From assembly GCA_003243955.1 (NCBI GenBank), contig QHCE01000055.1, positions 1 through 63,557 on the forward strand: a stretch of 63,557 nt of DNA. Direction: 5' to 3'. Shown piece after piece: positions 41,875-51,004 of this stretch (the stretch's first letter is position 1; each line of letters begins with the position of its first letter). Source of the DNA: Acidimicrobiales bacterium. GTDB taxonomy: Bacteria; Actinomycetota; Actinomycetes; Mycobacteriales; QHCE01. A program made the translations under genes and the position numbers. The notes under the pieces were generated by a model, which saw only the letters and a program-made list of their open reading frames with translations, had not been told where the DNA came from and did not search any database.

Positions 41875-44304
41875 ATGAGCCAGTACCTATCGCCAAGTCC
41901 TGTCGGGACTACCCCCGCGCATGCTCGTCGAACGCCTGCGCTACGGGTATGTACGCCTGTCGGCACAAACGCGGATTTTATCGCCGAGCTACACTCCGAT
42001 TGCACGGTGATGCAGGCATCAGGTGGGGTGTCGTGGTTGCGCCGAGCGGCGCGCTGGCTGCTACCCACGCTTGGGCGGCGAGCCAAGTCAGCCGTTGTGC
42101 TGGTCGCGATAGTCCTGGCCGTGCTGCTAGGTAATTTCAGTGTGCTGCCACGCCACAATGATCCAGTAGGTGCCGCATCGGTGGCGGTCGCCTTCCCTAT
42201 CGAGTGTGGTCCGCTGAAGTTTGCTTGCGATGAGCTCGATGCCATAGTTAGCTCTATTGGAACGTTTATCGCCGATGGGCTACGGGGAATTGTTGATAGC
42301 GCGATCAGTCCCAACAGTTGGTGTAATCGCATCACTATGGCGCCGGAGAGGCCCGACACCGGCTGGAGCGGAAGTATTCTTTCGGCGGCCCGAAGCAAAA
42401 GTCAATTTTTCGAGAGCTACAACACCGACGCCGGTACCACCTGGTCTAGGTATGGTGCCGCTGGGACAACATGGAATACCTATTTTTTGGATTGTCTCTC
42501 GGCTGGAAATATCGCAAACTTTGCCGCTAATGCTGTTTTCGATTTTGCCAAGCTCGTTTCGGTTCTCGCCATAGTAATATTTCAGCAGACGTTCAATAGT
42601 GGACTGCTCAATATCTTTTTGGGCGGAGACCCGCCTCCTGTACAGCAGATAATCGATAGCCTAAACCTGCAAATTTATGCAAACCTCGCCGCGCTGGCTA
42701 TTGTAATCGGTGCGCTCATACTTGCCTACCGCGCAATTCTCCGGGGTTTTGGTATGGCGGACTTTTTAAGCAAGTTCCTGGTTATGGTCGCAGTTTCTGC
42801 ATTTGCGGTGCTATTTTTCCACAACGCTATTCCCTGGATTCGGTGGGGTAACCAGCAAGTAAATGACATTACTAACAGCGTGATGACCGCGCTTCGCGGC
42901 AGTGAATGCACCAATGCTGAAGGTAAACCAATACAGCTGAAACCCGTGGATTGTACGGCCGAAAGCGTATACAACACACTGGTGTATACACCGTGGGCCA
43001 ACGGTGAGGTTGGGTCGCTCAGTTCGACGAATGGCCAGGGCAATACCGCAGACGACAAGCGCAAACTCGCCGCACGGATCTTGGATCAGCAAGCTTTCAC
43101 CTGGGCTGATGTTAAGGGAGTGGACACTGAGATCATCGGCCAAAGGGTGAAATCAACGGAGGGTCCCATCACTGGCGCTCGTGTGGACTCAGGGCTGATA
43201 GATAAGGCCAAAGCTAAAGTCGCGGATCGTGACAAAATGGTTAAAGATGATTGGGGTCTGGTCATTCGAGATGACAAAGGTAAAGAAACCCCGTTTAATC
43301 CCGAAGGCATAGAGGGCTACTCCCAGGCCCATCCCACCAAACAAAGTGAGACCGTGTGGTCCATGTGGTCGGGAGGCAAAGGCGGCGAGCGCTTCGGTAT
43401 AGCGGTGCTGGCCGTTGTTGGTGCCTGGGCGTTTGGTGGAATGCTGATCGCTATCGCTTTTACCTATTTGGTGCTACAGATCGCTACGGTGTTGTACGCG
43501 CTCGTCTCGCCTCTCGCCTTCTTGGCCGGGTTAGTACCGGTGTATGGCACGCGAGTGTTCTTGGCTGTAGCGGAGGGATTTTTAGGCACATTCATCAAAC
43601 GGGTCGCTATGGCAGTGTTCGTCGCGCTACTCCTCACGTTGTATCAGGTGATTCTGGGCGCTGAGGGGGTTCCGTGGTGGCTACAGATGGTGTTGATTCT
43701 AGCCATTGCCGGAGGCGGTGCTAGTTATCGCAAGAAACTGACTTCGCTGTCTACGTTGGGATTTGGCGGCGGCGGCGGTGGAGGAGGCGGTGGTGGCTTG
43801 GGTTCATCGGCGGCCAGAGCATCCGCTATGCGAAGCACGTGGCAAACCGCTCGTGATCTGGCCATTATCGACCGGGTAGCCGCCGCCACTCGCGCTGGGG
43901 CCAATCCTGGCTCGGGTGGCAGCGGTGTTCGATCGGGCGGCTTAGTGAATCACGGCTCCTCTGAGCGTATTTTGCCACGCGATCAGCAAGCGGCGGCTCG
44001 CAACGCCGCCCGTTCCGGCAGGCAGCGAAATTACACGCCGGGGTCACGCCCGGATGGCCGGACGTCGGGCCGATATCCCGTAAACGGTTCAGGTCCAGGA
44101 GGGACCCGGGCGGTGAACGCGTCACCCAGAGCATTGAATCGAGGGAACGTTTACAACGCGCGGCAACAGCATGCCCAGCCGCAACACGCTTCACCGCAAC
44201 AGCATGCCCAGCCGCAACATTCCCAACCGCAGCCACAATCACTACCTCCGGGTCGACAGCCGCGCCCGGATCGGCCACCGGGGAAGGGCATGGGTAATGG
44301 TTAG
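41875..44304 (+). CDS. VirB6/ConG/TcpH-like polytopic membrane protein, paralogue 2
   Basis: Same motifs; poly-Gly and Gln/Pro-rich tail. Start uncertain (ORF open from 41710). Confidence 0.72.
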   Translation: MSQYLSPSPVGTTPAHARRTPALRVCTPVGTNADFIAELHSDCTVMQASGGVSWLRRAARWLLPTLGRRAKSAVVLVAIVLAVLLGNFSVLPRHNDPVGAASVAVAFPIECGPLKFACDELDAIVSSIGTFIADGLRGIVDSAISPNSWCNRITMAPERPDTGWSGSILSAARSKSQFFESYNTDAGTTWSRYGAAGTTWNTYFLDCLSAGNIANFAANAVFDFAKLVSVLAIVIFQQTFNSGLLNIFLGGDPPPVQQIIDSLNLQIYANLAALAIVIGALILAYRAILRGFGMADFLSKFLVMVAVSAFAVLFFHNAIPWIRWGNQQVNDITNSVMTALRGSECTNAEGKPIQLKPVDCTAESVYNTLVYTPWANGEVGSLSSTNGQGNTADDKRKLAARILDQQAFTWADVKGVDTEIIGQRVKSTEGPITGARVDSGLIDKAKAKVADRDKMVKDDWGLVIRDDKGKETPFNPEGIEGYSQAHPTKQSETVWSMWSGGKGGERFGIAVLAVVGAWAFGGMLIAIAFTYLVLQIATVLYALVSPLAFLAGLVPVYGTRVFLAVAEGFLGTFIKRVAMAVFVALLLTLYQVILGAEGVPWWLQMVLILAIAGGGASYRKKLTSLSTLGFGGGGGGGGGGGLGSSAARASAMRSTWQTARDLAIIDRVAAATRAGANPGSGGSGVRSGGLVNHGSSERILPRDQQAAARNAARSGRQRNYTPGSRPDGRTSGRYPVNGSGPGGTRAVNASPRALNRGNVYNARQQHAQPQHASPQQHAQPQHSQPQPQSLPPGRQPRPDRPPGKGMGNG

Positions 44305-45982
44305 AGACGGTGAGCAAATAACCGGACCTAGCCCACACCACGATCGGTCCTCTCGAGCTGTGCGTGGCGCGCGGCGGCGTCGCCTTGTCATGGAGCTGCC
44401 TCGGCAGCTATCCACCCGAGCCCTACGTGGAGTGCGGTCGGCGCTGCGCGCAGCGGTTCGAAACGTATGGCGCGGTATCGCTGGTGCGGGTCCGGCGGCG
44501 ATGGCTGCGCTGCGGCGCAGTGTTGCGACTCAGCGCACTATTCGTCCGGAGCCGATCGGTCCGCGTAAACGTAACCTGCGCCGGATTTACTCCATCGCGC
44601 TGCTGGGTGTGGCGGCCCTGATTGTGGTAGCGCGGATCAATAATGCCCAAGGCTTTTCTACGGCGTTTTTCATAGCGCTACTGCTGGGTTTGATTTTCAT
44701 TGCCTGGACGGGGTATCGCAGTGCGTTGGCCACGGCGGCTGCGATCGGGTGGTGGCTGATCACAACACCGCTGATCTCACTAGCCGCCGCCTCAGGTCTT
44801 CCGGTGCAAGAGGTTTTGGTGCGCGCCGCTACCTCAAACGAAGCCGTTATCGGTACCGGTATCGCGGTGTGGGTCTGCGCGGTGCTCATGCGGGCACGCC
44901 GCAGCTGGATCACCATTCTCGGGTGTTGGTTCTTAAATGTGGCGGCGATTTTAGCCACAGGCGCCCTTGCGCCACGCCTCGCGCTTGCCGGGGGCTGGCT
45001 GGCTATAGCCCTGTACTTGGGGTGGCGAGCCGGATGGCTGCTGACCGCCTATGATCGGCTCAACGGCCGAGCTCGAATGGGCCGCGTTTTCCAGGTGGCT
45101 ACCGAGGAACAGTACGAGGTCTATGGCCACCTGGCGGAGCTTGGCAACGGCTTTGTCCGCCGATATCAGCTGGCCGTGCCCGACGAATATAACCCAGCCA
45201 CAACATTGGACGCACTAGTTGTGGGACCTACGGGGCTGTTTCAGATCACCGCGGTGGACGGTTTAGGCCGGATCGTGGTGAACACCAGCGAACGACGCCG
45301 GGTCACGGTAGAGGGCGCTTCCATTGATGCTGAACTCACCGATATTGCCCGTACGGCGCAGGCGTTGGCCCGTGCGCTGCGGGTGGAAGTTGTGCCGCTA
45401 GTCGCCATGTGCGGTTCAACATTTCCCGAAGGCAACCACGGCCTGATCTCAATCGCGATAACGCTTCCGCCGCCACAAGCCACAGACGGCCGCGAAACCA
45501 AAGCCGATCTGATTCCGTTGACGCTGATTGACGCGGAGCTATTGGCTCGTCGGATCGCTTTTGGTTCGGCGGTGTACACCACTGGGCAGGTGCAGCGCAT
45601 CATTCACCGCGTGGGCACTGTGCTCTGGCCGGCCGCCGGTGCTGCTGATCGACGCATCACTCGCCGGCGCCGGGGCACTAAGCGAGATACTTTCGCCCCG
45701 GGTGTCGAGGTGGAATGGGTCGATGAGTCAGGCATTTGGTCCGGATGGGTATGTGTTTCTCGGGTGACCGTACTAGATGAGGTCCCTAAAGGTCCGCTCG
45801 CGAGTACGCTTTCAGTAAAAGACAAAGTGGTCTGGATCGTGGCAAAGGCAGAATGGGATCGAGCGCGCAGCGTTGGCAGTGATCCAAGCCCCGAGCTAGT
45901 GCAACCAGTGGCATCTAGTGCGCTTCGGTTAGCTACGCCTAATAAGCATCAGACATCTCCGGCAGAGGACGGCGCATCGTGA
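44297..45982 (+). CDS. Multi-TM membrane protein with degenerate NERD-like domain
   Basis: ~6 TM, then TLDALVVGPTGLFQITAV..GRI resembling NERD IDHxxxGPxGxFxIETK; overlaps both neighbours. Confidence 0.6.
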   Translation: MVRDGEQITGPSPHHDRSSRAVRGARRRRLVMELPRQLSTRALRGVRSALRAAVRNVWRGIAGAGPAAMAALRRSVATQRTIRPEPIGPRKRNLRRIYSIALLGVAALIVVARINNAQGFSTAFFIALLLGLIFIAWTGYRSALATAAAIGWWLITTPLISLAAASGLPVQEVLVRAATSNEAVIGTGIAVWVCAVLMRARRSWITILGCWFLNVAAILATGALAPRLALAGGWLAIALYLGWRAGWLLTAYDRLNGRARMGRVFQVATEEQYEVYGHLAELGNGFVRRYQLAVPDEYNPATTLDALVVGPTGLFQITAVDGLGRIVVNTSERRRVTVEGASIDAELTDIARTAQALARALRVEVVPLVAMCGSTFPEGNHGLISIAITLPPPQATDGRETKADLIPLTLIDAELLARRIAFGSAVYTTGQVQRIIHRVGTVLWPAAGAADRRITRRRRGTKRDTFAPGVEVEWVDESGIWSGWVCVSRVTVLDEVPKGPLASTLSVKDKVVWIVAKAEWDRARSVGSDPSPELVQPVASSALRLATPNKHQTSPAEDGAS

Positions 45983-48621
45983 GGCTCACTAACAGCCAGA
46001 ACCTCGGAAACCAGCAGTACGGCGGCGCGGGGTCCGGTATGGACAGCGTCGCGGTCGGAATCATATCGGGTGTCATCCTGGCGGCCATGATTGTGGGATT
46101 CGTACTCAGCCTGTTGTTTTGGTTCTCTGGTCAGCTTTCTGGCCTGATCTGGGGCGGTAACTGGCCGAATGCCGCCCCTAGCGATTCGGTGCGCATCTTC
46201 ATCAAAGCGTTCTCGAATTTGGGGGATCCGGCAGCTGCCTGGCCAGCGCCAGCTCGCGATGACGTGGGCCCAGCCGCTGTGGTGTACATCCTGTTTTTGA
46301 TTCTGGCCGCACCCGTGGCGTGGGGGCTCACTCTTGGTGGTCAGTACGCAATGCGCTTTCGGCGCCGCCGGGAAAACCGTGTATTCCGGCTGGGCTTTGC
46401 CGACGGTGGTGAAATACGTAGACTGCTGTCCTCGCGAGCGGTAATAAAAAAGGCCAAGTCCGTCCGGCCGTCTTATAAGGGCAAGCACAATATCAACCCG
46501 CAAGATGTCGGGTTCTTTTTGGGCAAAGACACTCGTTCGCACCGAAAGCTCTACTGCTCAGTGGAAGACGTCATGCTGGTGGTGGCCCCGCCCCGGCAGG
46601 GTAAAGACGTACATTTTTGCATCCCCAACATCATCGACGCTCCTGGTCCGTGTGTAGCGACCACTACGCGTGCTGACATGTTCGCTGCTACTGTCTCGCT
46701 ACGTGAAAAGGTAGGCCACGTCTGGGTCTTTGACCCTAATGATATGACTAACTGGCCTAGCCAGCTGCGTTGGTCGCCGGTGAATGGTTGTCACGAGCCA
46801 CTGGTGGCGCTGAACCGCGCGGCGGCTTTTGTGGCCGGCGCCGGAGTGGGTGAAGGTGTGCAGAATGCGTCCTACTGGACTGGTGTCGCTACCGCTATTT
46901 TGCGCTGCTATTTCTTGGCCGCGGCTACCTCTGGCCGCACGATCACCGATGTGGTGCGCTGGTCGACCCAGCCCACCAACCCGGAACCCATCCAGATTTT
47001 ACGCAAGCAAGAAACACTTGGCCGGGCGCCGCAAGGCTGGGCGGGTGAGTTAGAGAGCGGGGCTTCGGCCGACGGTGAAACCCGGGGCAACATGTGGGCA
47101 GGTGTCCGACGAGCGCTGGACTGCTTCGCTGATCCACGAGTCTTGGCCGCGTGTTCACCGGGCCCGGGCGATGTGTTCGACGTCGCAACCTTCGTTAAGG
47201 GCCGTAATACCCTGTATGTTTTGGGAAAAGAAAAGAAGAACGGTAGCGTCGCGCCGCTGGTCACAGCGATGATGGAAGACATTTTTGACCAAGTGCGCAG
47301 GATCGCTAGCCGGTTGCCCAACAGCCGCATCGATCCACCGCTTACCGTTGAGCTCAATGAGGTGGCCCATATCGCGCCCATGCCGAACCTGCCGGGCTAC
47401 ATGGGTGACTCCGGTGGTTTCTCGATTGCGCTGCATGTGTACTTGCAGTCGCTGGGGCAGGCGCGCGGCAAGTGGGGCAACGATGAAGCGGCTGTTATGT
47501 GGGACACCGCGGCCATCCGGGTGGTAATGGGTGGTTCGGGTTATGTCAACGACCTTGAGGACATCTCCCGACTGCTCGGTGAGGTAGACGAGAAGACAAA
47601 GAGTGTGTCGACCGGCTCTGGCGGCAGAAGTACGTCCTATAGCAAACAGAAACGGCGTGTACTCACGCTTGATGAGCTACGGACACTGAAATTTGGCACC
47701 GCCGTAGTGATTGCGCGTGCCGCGCGCCCAGTCGAGGCCAAGCTGACCCCATACTTTAAGCGCAAGGACGCTAAAGAAATCTCTGCTGGGCAAGCACGGG
47801 TCGGTAAAGTGATTGCCGCGGAAGAGAATCCGATGAATGCCTTCTCTGGGCTGACGTCGACCGGTTTGTTAACTCCACCCGATAGTAGTGGCGCTGGTGG
47901 AGCGGGTGCGTATTCAGGCAGCGGCGGTGGCGGCAACGGAGGTGGGGGAGGCGGCGGAGCTGGCGTAGCGCTGCCCGCGGCTGCGCTTCCAGCTGGAGCA
48001 GCTTACGGGCATGACGGTTACTCCGCGGCTAACCCTGGTTACGCCAATGCCTCCGCCCAGCAGGGGTTTGTGCAGCAAAGTCCTGCCTGGCAGTCCACCG
48101 CCCCAAGCCAACCTCCGCAGACGTGGGGTGCTCCCGCTGCCGCCACCGCGCCAAGTGTGGAGCCACCACCTCGTGCGGCGTACCAGCTCCCGGGACCATC
48201 GGGTTGGGGCTCTGGTTCGGCACCGGAAACCGCGTATCCAACGGCTCCGCACCCACCAGCGGCGATCCCCGCTGCATACGAGACGCCACTGGATGCCCAG
48301 GCCTATCTGGAGCAGGTCGGCCCACAGCAGCCGGTGCCACCGACGTTCCAGCCCGCTGAGCCTCAATCCCAGAGTGGCACGCTTCCTCAGCTTTACCAAC
48401 CTGGTGCAGTCAGTCAGCCTAGTTACGGACAGTCGTCAAGCTATGACGCTGGTGCCTATAGTGCGCAGATGCCAGGGGCGGCTGTGGCCACCAATGGATA
48501 CGGCGCCGCGAGCCCTCCGCCTGCGGCCACCGCTGAGCAAGAGCGTCCGGCTGGCCCTAAACTTGCCTCAGGTTGGGGACCGGTCCGCGGACCGACCAAG
48601 AGTGACGCTGATCGAGACTGA
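45979..48621 (+). CDS. virD4: VirD4/TraG-like type IV coupling protein
   Basis: Two N-terminal TM, APPRQGKD, VFDP, RIDPPLTVELNE, LQSLGQARGKWG, LEDISRLLGE; long low-complexity tail. Confidence 0.88.
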   Translation: MRLTNSQNLGNQQYGGAGSGMDSVAVGIISGVILAAMIVGFVLSLLFWFSGQLSGLIWGGNWPNAAPSDSVRIFIKAFSNLGDPAAAWPAPARDDVGPAAVVYILFLILAAPVAWGLTLGGQYAMRFRRRRENRVFRLGFADGGEIRRLLSSRAVIKKAKSVRPSYKGKHNINPQDVGFFLGKDTRSHRKLYCSVEDVMLVVAPPRQGKDVHFCIPNIIDAPGPCVATTTRADMFAATVSLREKVGHVWVFDPNDMTNWPSQLRWSPVNGCHEPLVALNRAAAFVAGAGVGEGVQNASYWTGVATAILRCYFLAAATSGRTITDVVRWSTQPTNPEPIQILRKQETLGRAPQGWAGELESGASADGETRGNMWAGVRRALDCFADPRVLAACSPGPGDVFDVATFVKGRNTLYVLGKEKKNGSVAPLVTAMMEDIFDQVRRIASRLPNSRIDPPLTVELNEVAHIAPMPNLPGYMGDSGGFSIALHVYLQSLGQARGKWGNDEAAVMWDTAAIRVVMGGSGYVNDLEDISRLLGEVDEKTKSVSTGSGGRSTSYSKQKRRVLTLDELRTLKFGTAVVIARAARPVEAKLTPYFKRKDAKEISAGQARVGKVIAAEENPMNAFSGLTSTGLLTPPDSSGAGGAGAYSGSGGGGNGGGGGGGAGVALPAAALPAGAAYGHDGYSAANPGYANASAQQGFVQQSPAWQSTAPSQPPQTWGAPAAATAPSVEPPPRAAYQLPGPSGWGSGSAPETAYPTAPHPPAAIPAAYETPLDAQAYLEQVGPQQPVPPTFQPAEPQSQSGTLPQLYQPGAVSQPSYGQSSSYDAGAYSAQMPGAAVATNGYGAASPPPAATAEQERPAGPKLASGWGPVRGPTKSDADRD

Positions 48622-48727
48622 TTCGAAACTCATCAAACGGGGTCCTGATACGAGCAGGGGGCGACATGCACACGTGGAGTAGTGCTTGCCAATCGTCGCT
48701 GTGTTGGGAAGTCGGGGTAGCACCACC

Positions 48728-50941
48728 ATGGCCGACCTAACAGTTATTTCCCGAGGTAGGCAACCGCGTTTGGTGGTTAGCTCACTTAGTGGCATCAATG
48801 CGCAATTTGCTCAGCTGCTGCAGACTAATCCGGCCCCCTTGCAGGCCGGTTCCGGCTACCGCAAACTGCTGCGCAGTGGATTCACCATACTGCGGAGAAA
48901 GCACCGTTGGCGAAAACCAGTCGTAGGCGTCATGCTCGGTGCGTTTGTGGCCACGTTTTTGCTGGGAATGAGCGTATCGCCAGGCGCTGAAGGGCAACGG
49001 GTAGGCGCTATCACGGTTGCACAAGCGGAAGAGGGTGATTGTCTCGCCGACGACTTTAATATTCCCATTCTCCCCGGATTCCTGCAGGGTGTGATCAAAA
49101 AACCGATTAACGCGGTATGTCGAGCCTTTCATGCTGCCGCAAAGCTTATATCGGAATATGTCCTCAATCCCATCGGAAACTTTTTGTGGAGCGCATTTCA
49201 GGCCAATCTGTGTTCGTCGCGTACCAGCATTGATCCTGATGACCCCCAGGCTGGGCTGAGCAGTTTAATGGTGCAAGGCGCGGAAGTTCTGGTGGGTAAG
49301 AATGCTGAATCTCCGGCGCAGACTACCTGGCGAGAATATGGTGTAGCTGGTACTTCATGGGGCACCTACTTCTTGAACTGTACCGATTTTTCTACCCAAA
49401 TACAAAATTACGGTGCAAACTTCGTATTTTCTGTTTCTAAAGTATTTTCGCTCATTGCTATCTTGTTATTTCAGGAGACGTTTAACAGTAAAGTTGTTGA
49501 CTATTTTTTTCTTCCGCAAGGCGGGGCGCCCAAATCGGCTATCGATACCATTGTTAACCAACTCCATTTCGGTCTTTATATGAATATGATGGCTGTCGCT
49601 GTCGTGATCGGTGCCGCTATTATATTGTACAGATCCATCATTCTTAGAGGGGGTTTGGGCGAAGCCCTGAGTAAAATTGGAATCATGGCGCTCGTGGCCG
49701 GTGTAGCGTTGGTGTATGTCAGTCAGGGTTCGCAGATTATTCAGAAAGTTAGCGCCTTTACGGATGAGACGGGTGCAGCGGTACTCGGGGCACTCAGTGC
49801 CGGAGGCTGCAATAACAGTGATGATCGTGCTGTACCAGGTGGTGCGAAGCCATATGAATGCGCCGCGCAAACTATGTACCATGTACTGATTTATATTCCA
49901 TGGGCTAATGGTGAAGTTGGGACCATTGATGTTTTTGGTGATGCCGTCTATAGCCAGCAGCGCAAAGACCTCGCATATCGCATTCTACACCAACAAGCTT
50001 ATGATCGAAAAGAAAGCGGAATAGTTAACAATCCCGCGACCGATGGCGCCGAGCGGTCGAAACAAACTCAAAAGCTTATACAGGCCAAAGAAGACGACCG
50101 GTTCAAGATGGTTAAAGACGACTGGGGAGCGCGGTTTATTGCCAAGGGCGGCAAGCCCGAAGAATTCGCGGTTACCGGCGAAGCCGCGAAGCGCCCCTAT
50201 GAAGACGTAGATGTTGACTACCCAGAATATTGGTTAATGTTCTCGGGAAAAGAGGCTGGGCAGCGTTACATCATCGCAATCATGGCTCTGCTTGCGTCAT
50301 TTTCCTTAGGTCTGGTTCTGATCTCCGTCACGTTCGCGTATCTGGCGCTGCAGCTCATGACGATCGTCCTTGCCATGGTTGCACCAGTGGCCTTCCTAGT
50401 GGGACTGGTGCCAACATACGGGTACCGAATATTCCTCAAGTGGTTTGAGCTTGGCGCCGGGCTGTACATCAAACGACTCGCATTGGTGGTCTTCGTGGGG
50501 ATATTGCTCGGTGGGTTGCAGTTAATCTTCAAAGTACCCGCCCCGTGGTGGCTGCACGTGGTATTCGCTTTCTGTATTGGGTGGTTTGGTCTGGCTTACC
50601 GGCATCAACTCAGTAGTTGGGCCAGTACTGGTATGGAGGGGATGGGTAAGTTCGCGGGCATTGCTACCGGGGGCTTGCTGGGCATGAAAGACGGGGTTAA
50701 ATCCGTCAGATATGCGAAAGCCACCTGGCAGGGTACTCGCGGTTTACCGGCGCGACAGCGAGCTCGGGCGGCTGTGGGTTCGGCATATACCGCGAACCAA
50801 ACCGGCGCCTCACCCGCTCAGTACACTGGTCCGCGGCGCGGAGCCCAAGCAACTGGTGCGGGCAAACCTTTGTCAAAGCGCCAGCAGCGTAAGGCCCAGC
50901 GTCGTTCGTCACGCAACGGCTCCTACACGTATCAGCCCTGA
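48728..50941 (+). CDS. VirB6/ConG/TcpH-like polytopic membrane protein, paralogue 3
   Basis: Most similar by eye to paralogue 1 (SKVFSxIAILLFQETFN in both). Confidence 0.72.
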   Translation: MADLTVISRGRQPRLVVSSLSGINAQFAQLLQTNPAPLQAGSGYRKLLRSGFTILRRKHRWRKPVVGVMLGAFVATFLLGMSVSPGAEGQRVGAITVAQAEEGDCLADDFNIPILPGFLQGVIKKPINAVCRAFHAAAKLISEYVLNPIGNFLWSAFQANLCSSRTSIDPDDPQAGLSSLMVQGAEVLVGKNAESPAQTTWREYGVAGTSWGTYFLNCTDFSTQIQNYGANFVFSVSKVFSLIAILLFQETFNSKVVDYFFLPQGGAPKSAIDTIVNQLHFGLYMNMMAVAVVIGAAIILYRSIILRGGLGEALSKIGIMALVAGVALVYVSQGSQIIQKVSAFTDETGAAVLGALSAGGCNNSDDRAVPGGAKPYECAAQTMYHVLIYIPWANGEVGTIDVFGDAVYSQQRKDLAYRILHQQAYDRKESGIVNNPATDGAERSKQTQKLIQAKEDDRFKMVKDDWGARFIAKGGKPEEFAVTGEAAKRPYEDVDVDYPEYWLMFSGKEAGQRYIIAIMALLASFSLGLVLISVTFAYLALQLMTIVLAMVAPVAFLVGLVPTYGYRIFLKWFELGAGLYIKRLALVVFVGILLGGLQLIFKVPAPWWLHVVFAFCIGWFGLAYRHQLSSWASTGMEGMGKFAGIATGGLLGMKDGVKSVRYAKATWQGTRGLPARQRARAAVGSAYTANQTGASPAQYTGPRRGAQATGAGKPLSKRQQRKAQRRSSRNGSYTYQP

Positions 50942-51004
50942 GCATCTACGTCCGGATGTGCCTGAGGTTTGGCCGTCCTCTAATTAGCCATTAGCACAGT
51001 CCTA

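Larger units (their letters stand above)
33906..50941 (+). other. MPF-FA-like type IV secretion gene cluster without recognisable mobility module
   Basis: Order TcpC - small membrane protein - TcpE - VirB4 - VirB6 - VirB6 - NERD-like - VirD4 - VirB6, all co-oriented. Confidence 0.8.

Noticed and set aside
31983..50941. Calling the T4SS cluster a complete ICE integrated at guaA
   Set aside because: guaA islands normally insert at the 3' end with an integrase and a duplicated end; this lies 5' of guaA and shows neither.
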